This document shows, one piece after another, positions 8,877-18,086 of a stretch of 64,000 nt of DNA. This stretch comes from Candidatus Eiseniibacteriota bacterium. GTDB lineage: Bacteria > Eisenbacteria > RBG-16-71-46. A program made the translations under genes and the position numbers. Positions within the stretch are counted from its first letter, which is position 1. Each line of letters begins with the position of its first letter. The DNA lies in the NCBI GenBank assembly GCA_963717935.1, contig CAVQXP010000004.1, positions 928,001 to 992,000 on the forward strand, in the 5' to 3' direction. The notes beneath the pieces are model-generated. The model made no database searches. It saw nothing but the letters and a program-made list of their open reading frames with translations, and was not told where the DNA came from.

Positions 8877-9781
8877 TGCCTCTCCCGAGAAGCAGCCTGG
8901 CCGTGCTCGCGCTGGCCGGATGGTTCGTGCTGGGCCTGGCCGCTGGTCTCGCCCCCGCCGCGTCCGGGGTCGCGCCGGCGCAGGCGGCCCCGGGGTCCGC
9001 GGCCCCCCGCGTCGCGTCGCGCGATACCGGGCGGACGATGGCGTTCCCGGCCCACGGCAGCGCGGCGTTCGACAGCACGCTGGGAGATTCCTTCGCCGAG
9101 CCGCGCCTCTACATGGCGTGGAAGGCGCCCCACGGCATGCCCGGGGCGCGGACCAACCTGGACCTGGCCTGCGGTGATACGAGCAGGGTGGACACCCTCT
9201 ACCTCTCGTTCGAGACGGGCAGGGACCTGCCCGGGTTCTTTGGCGTGTCCGCCAGGCTCCGCTTCCACCCGGCCGAGGGCGACTCGCTCGGCGTCTTCTG
9301 GTCCTTCGGGAGCGACGGCGCGAACCCGGGGGCCCTGCAGATCCAGCTCGACCCCGACGGCACGTTCCCGTGTTCCCAGCCCTGGGTGCGACCCGGGGTC
9401 GGCATCCCCATGTTCGAGTTCCACCCCTGGGCAGCCCAGCTCGATTTCGTCTACGCGATGATCCGGGGGCAGGAGGCGCCGGTCTCGGGCCGCACGCGGT
9501 ATTGCTTCGCGCGCATCCTGCTCAAGCGAAACCGCTGCGCTCTGCCCGGTTCGCGCCAGCCCGTGTGCATCGAATGGGCGGAGGCCTTCTATTCGGGCGG
9601 GGGCCGCGACCTGCCGATCGAGCGCGGCCTGGCGCGCTACGTGACGGTGAACTCACCTGACGGGAGCGTGTGCGGGCCCTACCGCCGCTTCGCCAGGCCG
9701 GCCGCCTGGACCCCCGGCCGTCCGGGCCCGGGCGCGGCGGCTCCGGTCCGCGCGGCGCCGCCGGACACGACCCGGCGCTGA
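8873..9781 (+). CDS. Secreted protein distantly related to the same family but lacking the TWGxxK tail
   Basis: Signal peptide; LYMAW..LAC..FWSF..C..W..YCF..C...VCIEW pattern parallels the upstream paralogs. Confidence 0.7.
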   Translation: MMPLPRSSLAVLALAGWFVLGLAAGLAPAASGVAPAQAAPGSAAPRVASRDTGRTMAFPAHGSAAFDSTLGDSFAEPRLYMAWKAPHGMPGARTNLDLACGDTSRVDTLYLSFETGRDLPGFFGVSARLRFHPAEGDSLGVFWSFGSDGANPGALQIQLDPDGTFPCSQPWVRPGVGIPMFEFHPWAAQLDFVYAMIRGQEAPVSGRTRYCFARILLKRNRCALPGSRQPVCIEWAEAFYSGGGRDLPIERGLARYVTVNSPDGSVCGPYRRFARPAAWTPGRPGPGAAAPVRAAPPDTTRR

Positions 9782-9818
9782 GCCGCGCTCGCGGCCGGGG
9801 GGAACCGGGACAGGCAGG

Positions 9819-9850
9819 ACGGGGCGGCCTCCGCGAGGAAGCCGCCCCGT
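9819..9850. terminator. Hairpin between convergent genes
   Basis: ACGGGGCGGCCTCC-GCGA-GGAAGCCGCCCCGT. Confidence 0.65.
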
Positions 9851-9878
9851 TCCGTTCGTCTGCCGCCCGCGCGAACCG

Positions 9879-11725
9879 TCAGTCGTTCGTCGGATCGGTG
9901 AGCAGGATGCGCATGAGCAGCTCGGGGTGCAGCTCGATCCGGTGCCGGTTCCGGTGGCGGGCCAGGAACTGCTTGAGGGCCTGCTCGGCCTTGAGGTTCT
10001 GCACCGACTGGTCGACGTTGTCCTGGACCTCCTCGTAGCGCATCGGCCGGTTCGGCTCGTGAGCCAGCTTCTGCAGCACGAGATAACTCCCCTGCGGATC
10101 GGGCCCCATGACCTCGATGTTGCCGGGACGCATCTCCTCGAAGAGGATCTTGTAGTAGGACGCCGCGCGATCGTCCTCGCGCAGGGAGCGGACCGAGCCC
10201 GAGACGAACCCGGCCAGCGAGTCCGCCCTCAGGATGGAGGCCGCCGGCTCGCCGGCCTTGAGACGGGCCACGACGGAATCGGCGCCCGCCCGGGTTCCGC
10301 GCACCAGGGCCGCGAAATGCACCTTCTGCCACGAGGCGAACTCGTGCTGATGGTCCTGGAAATACTGACGCCGCTCCTCGGGCGTGACCCACAGCCGGGA
10401 CTCCACCGAGTCGGCGAACAGGTGCTCGACCCTGATCTGCTCCTCCCGCTTGGCGACCTGGGAGGTGACCAGCGGATCCTGATCCAGCCCGCGCTCCACG
10501 GCGAATTCGGCCATGAAGGGCTCGAAGACGAACAGGTCGAGCGTCGAGCGGAAGGTGCCGAACGTGCCGACCTTGTTCCGCTGCATCACCGGGATGGCGT
10601 TGTACGCCTCGAGGAAGTCGCCCAGCGCATAGCGGCCGCCGTCCTTCCAGCGGGCCAGCACCCGTGCCGTGTCGGCGGGCTGGAACTCGGGCAGCACGCC
10701 GCTCAGGTCGAGGTCCGGTCGCGAGGAGGTGCTCGGCTTCTGGCGCTCGGTGTCGGCGAACAGGCTCGAGGCCCAGGAGATGTTCGTGGTGTCGTAGGCC
10801 ATGCCGATGCGCCGGCGGATCTGGTCGCGCACCTGTTCGGTGCGCAGGGCGAGCTTCACCTGGCGGACTTCGAGCGCGAACCCCCGCGCGAGCACGTCGA
10901 AGACGGCCTGCGGCTCGACGCGCCGTTCCAGGACCTGCACGAACTGCCAGCCATCCGGGCTCGGGAAGACGCCGGAGAACTGGCCGTCGGCCAGATCGAA
11001 GATCTCCAGCGCGGGGATCGGGTCGAAGTACGTCCGCTCCAGCCAGCCGAGGTCGCCGTCGGGACCCTTGTCGCCGCGGCAGGTCGAGTAGCGTCTTCAC
11101 CGCCAGCGGCCAGCTCAGCCGCCCGGCCAGCACGTCGGCCCGCGCGCGTTCCACCGTGGCGGGGTCGTCCGTGATGATGTGCCGCACGCGCAGGCGCAGG
11201 CGCGCCTGGTCGTAGACGTGCCGGACCTCCTCCTCCGTGACCCGGGCGGAGTCCGACACGAGGCGCGCGAAGACGACGTTGGAGAGCATGCGCTGCCGTG
11301 TCTCCCGCAGCCTGACGCGATCCTCGAAGGTGAACGGCCGGTTCACCTCGCGGGCGAGCGTGGCGAGCACCTCCTTGTTGACCATGCTGTTCAGGAACTC
11401 GAAGCGCCCCGCGCTGTCGGTCCTGGGCCGGTCCAGCATGTACGACGCGTACCAGCGCTCGCGGAACTCGAGCGACCCGGAAGGCCCGGTCGTCGATGCG
11501 TCCGATGACGGTGCTGTCGGGCAGGAACTGGCCCGTGTCCGGGATGCCGTTGTAGTAGTGCAGCGGTTTCCCGTCCTTGCCGCGCGGGGCCGTCCGCGGG
11601 GTCGTGGACGTGGTGGGCTGGGAGGGCTCGACCTTCGGCCGCCAGGACTTGGGCGCGGGGGTCTGGGCCCACGTGACGGAGTACACCAGCAGCAGGCCGA
11701 GGCCGGCAAGCGAGCGGATTCTCAT
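9879..11725 (-). CDS. Exported SurA/PrsA-like parvulin PPIase/chaperone; frameshifts near 11480 and 11090
   Basis: Signal peptide MRIRSLAGLGLLL; LRVRHII, GDLGW-type rotamase segment, EEVQDNV..L..K C-terminal helix; split over three ORFs. Confidence 0.7.
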
Positions 11726-11814
11726 GCGGGTCTCCGGTTGGGTCGTCGGTCCGATTCGGACTGGGTCGGGGGAGTCGAAAGCAGGGACAAGTCTAGGGGG
11801 CGCTCCAACGACGG

Positions 11815-14800
11815 TCAACCGCGAGGACCGGGGCCGCGATCGTCCAGGCCGGCGCCTGACCGGCCCTTGACGTGCCGGCGGCCGCGCAGGCGGTGCTGGA
11901 ACGCGTCGAGGTAGGTGTAGATCACCGGCGTGATGTAGAGCGTGATCGATCTGCGAGAACGCCAGCCCGCCCACCACCGCCAGGCCCAGCGGGCGGCGCG
12001 ACTCCGCGCCGGCGCCGAAGCCGATGGCGATCGGCAGCGTGCCCATCAGCGCGGCGAAGGTGGTCATCATGATCGGGCGGAAGCGGACGCTGCACGCCTG
12101 CAAGATGGCCTCGCGCGCCGGCTTGCCCTCGTTGCGCTCGGCCTCGAGCGCGAAGTCGATCATCATGATGGCGTTCTTCTTCACCAGCCCGACGAGCATG
12201 ATGATGCCGACGTAGGCGTAGATCGTCAGCTCGGTGCGGAAGATCAGCAGCGTGAGCAGCGCGCCGAAGGCCGCGAACGGGAGCCCCGAGAGGATCGTGA
12301 GCGGGTGGATGAAGCTCTCGTAGAGGATGCCCAGCACCAGGTAGATGACCAGGATCGCGAGGACCAGCAGCGCCAGCAGGCCCTGCTGGCTCGCCTGGAA
12401 CACCTGCGCGGTGCCGAAGAAGCCGGTCGTGATGGTCGAGGGCAGCACCTCGCGCGCCGCCCGCTCCACCGCGGCGGTGCCGGTGCCGAGCGCGACGCCC
12501 GGCCGCAGGTTGAACGAGAGCGTCACCGCGGGGATCTGGCCCTGGTGGTTCACCGTGAGCGGGCCCACGCCGGGCGAGAGCTTCGCCACCGCGCCGAGCG
12601 GCACCTGCACGCCGCGCGCCGAGCGCACCGTGAGCAGGGCGAGCGCCGAGGCGTCGCGCTGGTACTGCGGCATCAGCTCCAGGATGACCCAGTACTGGTC
12701 GTTGGAGGTGAGGATGGTCGAGACCTGGCGCGAGCCGTAGGCGTTCAGCAGCGCCTCCTCGATCTGGTAGGCCGTCACACCCAGCGCCGCGGCCCGGTCG
12801 CGGTCGATCGCCACGCGCACCTGCGGGTTCCTGATCTGCAGGTCGCTGGTCACGTCCTGCAGTTCGGGCACGCTGGCCAGCCGGGCGAGCAGGTCCGTGG
12901 CGCCCGCGTAGAGCGCCTGGATGTCCGTGCTCTGCAGGGTGAACTGGTACTGGCTCTTCGAGACGCGTCCGCCGACGCTGATGACCGGCGGGTTGTTGAG
13001 GTAGGCGCGGATGCCGGGGATGCGCGACAGCTTCGGCTGCAGCTCGCGGATGACCTCGTCGGCCGAGAGCTTGCGCTGGGAGCGCGGCTTCAGGCGGAGG
13101 AACATGCGTCCCTGGTTCGAGGTGCCGCTGCCGCCGCCCGCCGAGGATATGAACTCCTCGACGTTCGGGTCCTGCGCGATGATCGCCGGCCACCGCCTGC
13201 TGGTGCCGCACCATGGATTCGAAGGAGGTGCCCTCGGCCGTCTCGGTCGTGCAGTTGATCATCCCGGTGTCCTCGCTCGGGATGAAGCCCTTGGGCACGA
13301 TCCGGAAGAGCACCACGGTGCCGAGCAGGATCGCCAGGGAGGCGATCATCGCCGCGCGGCGGTGGTCCATCACCCAGGCCAGCGTCCGCTCGTAGAGCCC
13401 GAGCGTGGCCAGGTAGCCGTTCTCGATCGCCGCGTAGGCGCGGCCGTGCCGCTGCGCGTGCTCGGGCTTGAGGAAGCGGCTGCAGAGCATGGGCGTGAGC
13501 GTGAGCGAGACGAAGCCCGAGACCAGGATGGCGACGCTGATGGTGACCGCGAACTCGTGGAACAGGCGCCCCAGGATGCCGCCCATCAGCAGCACCGGGA
13601 TGAACACCGCCACCAGCGACAGCGTCATCGAGAGGATGGTGAAGCCGATCTCGCGCGAGCCGTCGAGCGCCGCCTGCAGCGGGCGCTTCCCCATCTCCAT
13701 GTGGCGGTGGATGTTCTCGAGCATCACGATGGCGTCGTCCACCACGAAGCCCACCGAGAGCGTGAGCGCCATCAGCGAGAGGTTGTCGAGGCTGTAGCTC
13801 GAGCTGGTGCATCACCGCGAACGTGCCGACCACCGAGAGCGGCAGCGCCAGGCTCGGGATGATGGTGGCGGGCAGGTTCCGCAGGAACAGGAAGATGACC
13901 AGGACCACCAGCACCAGCGTGAGCAGCAGCGTGAACTGCACGTCCTTGACCGAGTTGCGGATGGACTGCGAGCGGTCGTAGAGGATGTGGGCCTCGACCG
14001 AGGCGGGCAGCTGCGCGCGGAGCCGCTCGATCTGGGCCCGCACGTCCTTCGCCACCTGCACCGTGTTCGTGCCGGGCTGGCGCTGGATCGCGAGCATGAC
14101 CGCGCGCTGGCCGCCGATCCAGGCCGCCTGGCGGTTGTTCTGCACGTCGTCGATCACGCGCCCGAGGTCGCGCAGGCGCACCGCCCGGCCGTTGCGCCAG
14201 GCCACGATCAGGTCGCCGAAGCCCCGCGCGTCCCGCAGCTCGCCGGAGGCCTGCACGGTGACGGTGCGGTTCGGTCCCCACAGGATGCCGGTCGGCAGGT
14301 TCACGTTGCCGGCCGAGATCACGCCGGGCAGGTCGTCGATGCCGATCCCGAGCGAGCGCAGCGCGTGCGGGTCGAGCTGCACGCGCACCGCGTACTTCTG
14401 GGAGCCGTAGACCTGCACCTGGGCCACGCCGCTCACCATCGAGAGCCGCTGGGCGAGGAAGCCCTCGGCGTACTCGTTCAGGCTCGACAGCGGCATGAGC
14501 TTCGAGGTCAGCGGCACGAAGAGGATCGGGGAGTTCGCCGGGTTCACCTTCTGGTAGGAGGGCGGGATGATGCCCGTCGGGAGCCGGCGCAGCACCTGGG
14601 CGATGGCCGCGTTCACGTCCTGCGCGGCGGCGTCGATGTCGCGGTCGAGCACGAACTGCAGCGTGATGCTGGTCGAGCCCTGGCCCGAGGAGGAGGTCAT
14701 CACCTCGACGCCGGGGATGGTCGAGAACTGCTTCTCGAGCGGGGTGGCGACGGCCGAGGCCATGGTCTCGGGCGAGGCGCCGGGCAGGCTCGCGTTCACC

Positions 14801-14937
14801 GAGATGATCGGGTAGTCCACGTTGGGGACGTCGCTCACCGGCAGCAGGGTGTAGCCGATCGCGCCGAAGAACAGGATGCCGATCATGACCAGCGTGGTCG
14901 CGACCGGCCGCTGGATGAAGAGCGCGGAGAAGTTCAC
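11815..14937 (-). CDS. RND efflux permease (AcrB/MdtB-C family); frameshifts near 13800, 13190 and 11948
   Basis: FIQRPVATTL, LPVSDVPNVDYP, GFVVDDAIVMLENI, GLVKKNAIMMIDFA, RFRPIMMTT. Confidence 0.92.
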
Positions 14938-16061
14938 GGGCGGGATTCCTGCCCGGGCTTCCTCACCAGCACCTTCACGCCCGGCGCGAGCCGGAACTGC
15001 CCGTCGGTCACCACCGTCTCGCCGGGCTCGAGCCCGCTCGACACCACGGTGGTCACTTCGTCGGCGCGCTTCACCGTGACCGGCCGCGGCGAGGCGGTCG
15101 AGTCGGCGTTGAGCACGTAGACGTACGTGCCCTGCTGGCCGGTCGTGACGGCGGGGGTGGGCACGACGATGGCGCCGGGCTCGACCGCGAACACCAGCCG
15201 CACCTCGACGAACTCGCCAGGCCACAGCGCCCCGTCCCGGTTCGGCAGCTCGCCCTTGAGCAGCAGCGTGCCGCTGGCCGGGTCCACCGCGTTGTCCACG
15301 AACGCCAGCCGGCCCACGAGCTCGAGCGAGTCGCCGGGCGACTGGCGCACGTACACCTTCGGGGCGCTGGCGCGGTGGCGCTGCACCAGCGGGATCTGGT
15401 CCTGGGACACCGTGAAGCGCACGCGGATGGGCTGCACCTGGTTGATGGTCACGAGCGGCTCGCTGGTGGCGGACTTGACCAGGTCGCCGACGTGCACGTT
15501 GAGGCTGCCGGTGCGCCCGGAGATGGGCGCGCGGATGCCCGCGAACTCGAGGTCGAGCCTGGCCTTCGCGACCGTGCCCGAGTCGGTCCGCACCGCCGCC
15601 TGCAGGGCCTCGGCCGCGGCCGTCGCACGGTCGTGGTCCGCCGTGGAGATGAGCTGGTCGGCGAGCAGCCGGTCGGCGCGCTCGGCGTCGAGCCGCGCGC
15701 TGCGCCACTGCGCCAGGTCGCGGGCGAGCACGCCGCTCGCCTGCTCGAGCGCCGCGCGGAAGGGGCGCGGGTCCAGCTCGATCAGCGTCTGGCCCGCCCG
15801 GACCTCCTGTCCCTCGCGGAAGGCGATGCGGGTGACGACACCGCCGACCTGCGAGCCCACGTCCGCGGTCTCGACCGGCTCGACCGTGCCCGTGGTGACG
15901 ACCTGCACCGGCATGGCGCGCCGCTCGACGCGCGCGACCGTGACGGCGACGCGTGGCTGGCGCTGTGCCTGTCTCGCCCCGCAGCCCGGAAGGACGGCGA
16001 GCAGCAGACCCGCGACGCAGGTTGCGAGCAGTGCCCGTGCAGGACGATGGGTGGACGCCAT
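14934..16061 (-). CDS. RND periplasmic adaptor (MdtA-like MFP), lipoprotein
   Basis: LPGC lipobox-like, IRAPISGRTG, VDNAVDPASGT, GLEPGETVVTDG. Confidence 0.92.
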   Translation of the reverse strand: MASTHRPARALLATCVAGLLLAVLPGCGARQAQRQPRVAVTVARVERRAMPVQVVTTGTVEPVETADVGSQVGGVVTRIAFREGQEVRAGQTLIELDPRPFRAALEQASGVLARDLAQWRSARLDAERADRLLADQLISTADHDRATAAAEALQAAVRTDSGTVAKARLDLEFAGIRAPISGRTGSLNVHVGDLVKSATSEPLVTINQVQPIRVRFTVSQDQIPLVQRHRASAPKVYVRQSPGDSLELVGRLAFVDNAVDPASGTLLLKGELPNRDGALWPGEFVEVRLVFAVEPGAIVVPTPAVTTGQQGTYVYVLNADSTASPRPVTVKRADEVTTVVSSGLEPGETVVTDGQFRLAPGVKVLVRKPGQESRP

Positions 16062-16280
16062 CCCGCGGGGGGATGGCGAAGGCCGGTCGAGCGCTTCGAA
16101 TCGCATGGGGTTCGGTCCCGGTCGTCCCGCGCGGCGCGCAGGCCCGTGGGTGGAGTGACGTGCGGCTGGGAACTTGGAATTCCGCGATTATACAACGAGC
16201 GCAGCGGGCACGGGCAGCCGCGGGGCCGGACACAGACAAGCGCCGGGGCGGACAAGACGGGCGCCGGGGCAGGCAAGCAA

Positions 16281-16358
16281 GCGGTGGGGCGTGGGGATGT
16301 TCGGAGGGCGAGCGTGTGGGTAATCAGCCGTCCTCCGAACATCCCCACGCCCCGCCGC
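16281..16358 (+). repeat. Long hairpin element, family 1 copy A (29-bp stem, 20-nt loop GAGCGTGTGGGTAATCAGCC)
   Basis: Arms 16281-16309 and 16330-16358 pair with two G-U; loop shared with 60542-60561; degenerate partial copy at ~16402-16459. Confidence 0.85.
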
Positions 16359-16463
16359 CGCTCGATTCACTCTCGCACCCGCCGCCGTTCGAACCGAAGG
16401 ACGAGCGTGCGGACGATCAGCCCGTCCTCCGGACATCCCCACGCCCCGCCGCCGCTCGACCTG

Positions 16464-17927
16464 TCAGGGTTTCGTCAGGGGCGCTCCCGCTGCCCGAAGC
16501 CCTTCCGGCGGGTCCTTCACCAGCGCCTCGAGCGCCGCCTCGTGGATGACCGTCGCTCCGCACGCCGCGCGTGCGCGATCGGCCAGCGCGCGCATCAGCC
16601 GCCCGCCCTCCTCGCCGTACCAGCGGTCCGCCACCAGGTCCCGGACCTCCGCGAACGATCGCCCGCGGCCCGGCAGCACCGTGATCACCCGCGCCACCGC
16701 CCAACCCTCCGCGACCTCGTCCGGTCCGAGCACCGCGCCGATGCCCGCGTGCAGGGCGCGCGCGAAGAGCGCGCTGTCCACCGCGGCGCTCACGTCGACC
16801 GTCCACTCCACCCCGGCACGCCGCGCACCCGCGGCCAGGTCCTCGGCCTCGGTCGCGCTCGCCAGGCGCAGCGCCATCGAGGCCGCCTCCCGGCGGCTCT
16901 GGAGCACCACGCGCACGAGACGCATGCGCGTCGGCAGCATCCAGTCCCGCTCGGTGTCGCGGTAGAAGCGCGACAGGGTGAGCGAGTCCTCGGCGATGCG
17001 CGCGTAGACCTCGCGCTCGACCAGGCACGAGACGTCGTTGAGCTCGCGCTGGTCCGCGAGCCGCTCCGCGAGGTCCGGCCGGCGCTCGAGGCCGCGCTCC
17101 CCGCCCTCACGGCGCAGGAGCCGCTCGAACAACCCGTTCATCACGAGTTCGCGCACCTCGGCCGCCGAGGTGACACGGGGACGGTAGATCGGGTTCAGCC
17201 GCCGCCACGAGGCGAGCAGGTCGCAGGCCCGGAAGTCGCCGGCGGACGAGCGCGCCACGACCCGGCCGGTGTCGGCGGGGTCCACCTCGGGGCTGGCGTC
17301 CAGCATGCGCAGCTGGGCGGAGAGAGAGGAGTCCGAGGTGGGGCGCTTGAGGGCGGCGAAGCCGAGCGCGAGCCGGGCCAGCAGCGAGTCGTCGTAGACC
17401 GGGCTGAGCCTCTCCATCGCCAGCTCCCGCGCCGCCAGGCCCAGCGCCGCGCGATCGAGCGAGTCACCCGCCGGTCCCAGAACGAGGCGCGTCGCGGTGA
17501 GAGCCGAGTCCAGCATGGCCTCGACCACGAGCCGGTCGCGCAGGGTCTCGAACGCCGCGCTGTCCCGGGCCGTCCACGTCCAGCGCTCGCGGGCAGCCAT
17601 CAGGCCCAGGGCCTCCCTGTCGAGCAGCAGATCGAGAAACCGCCGCGCCCCGGCCGGGGTAAGGGAATCAGGCCGTGCGGGCGGCGCGAGCCGGGACCAG
17701 GCGCGGGCGAAGCGCGCGCGGCCGATCTCGCGGCCGGGCTCGCCGGGCAGGCCGCTCCCGATGACCGCCAGGACACTGTCGGGGAGGCCGGCGGGCGCGC
17801 CGGACGAGACCGCCTCCGCGTGGGCGGCCGTCCGCACCGGGAGCGGCACGGCCGGCATCAGGAGGACCAGCCACAGGAGCGCCCGGAACGCGGGGAGGGA
17901 GGGACTCGGTCTTGCGGCGCGCGGCAT
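16464..17927 (-). CDS. Exported SurA/PrsA-like chaperone (degenerate PPIase), probable paralog of 9879-11725
   Basis: Signal peptide; PDSVLAVIG vs PDSTVIGRID; PADTGRVVAR vs PADTARVLAR; RSFAEVRDLV. Confidence 0.6.
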   Translation of the reverse strand: MPRAARPSPSLPAFRALLWLVLLMPAVPLPVRTAAHAEAVSSGAPAGLPDSVLAVIGSGLPGEPGREIGRARFARAWSRLAPPARPDSLTPAGARRFLDLLLDREALGLMAARERWTWTARDSAAFETLRDRLVVEAMLDSALTATRLVLGPAGDSLDRAALGLAARELAMERLSPVYDDSLLARLALGFAALKRPTSDSSLSAQLRMLDASPEVDPADTGRVVARSSAGDFRACDLLASWRRLNPIYRPRVTSAAEVRELVMNGLFERLLRREGGERGLERRPDLAERLADQRELNDVSCLVEREVYARIAEDSLTLSRFYRDTERDWMLPTRMRLVRVVLQSRREAASMALRLASATEAEDLAAGARRAGVEWTVDVSAAVDSALFARALHAGIGAVLGPDEVAEGWAVARVITVLPGRGRSFAEVRDLVADRWYGEEGGRLMRALADRARAACGATVIHEAALEALVKDPPEGLRAAGAPLTKP

Positions 17928-18047
17928 GGTGCCTCCTGGGACGGGTGTCGTCGGCGAGCCCGCAGTCTAGTCCGCACGCTCGTCGGGCCGCCACCCGGCG
18001 CGCGTCGGAACCCGTGTCCCGGGGTGCGGATCCTCACCTTCATCCGC

Positions 18048-18077
18048 TTGACCCTGTTCGAGAGGCATCCCTACACT
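18048..18077 (+). promoter_or_regulatory. sigma70-like promoter 9 nt before the C25 peptidase ATG
   Basis: TTGACC-18 nt-TACACT. Confidence 0.55.
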
Positions 18078-18086
18078 GCCCCCTTC

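Noticed and set aside
4884..9800. Integrative island at tRNA-Val
   Set aside because: No integrase and no duplicated tRNA 3' end were seen. The lower GC is better explained by the codon usage of highly expressed genes.
15375..18086. N-terminal ~900 aa of the 2311-aa ORF, and other giant ORFs such as 40035-45626 (-), 34017-37724 (+) and 19293-22502 (-)
   Set aside because: These are shadow ORFs caused by the scarcity of stop codons in high-GC DNA. They are Arg/Ala/Pro-rich and overlap well-supported genes; the C25 gene starts at 18087 with a signal peptide.
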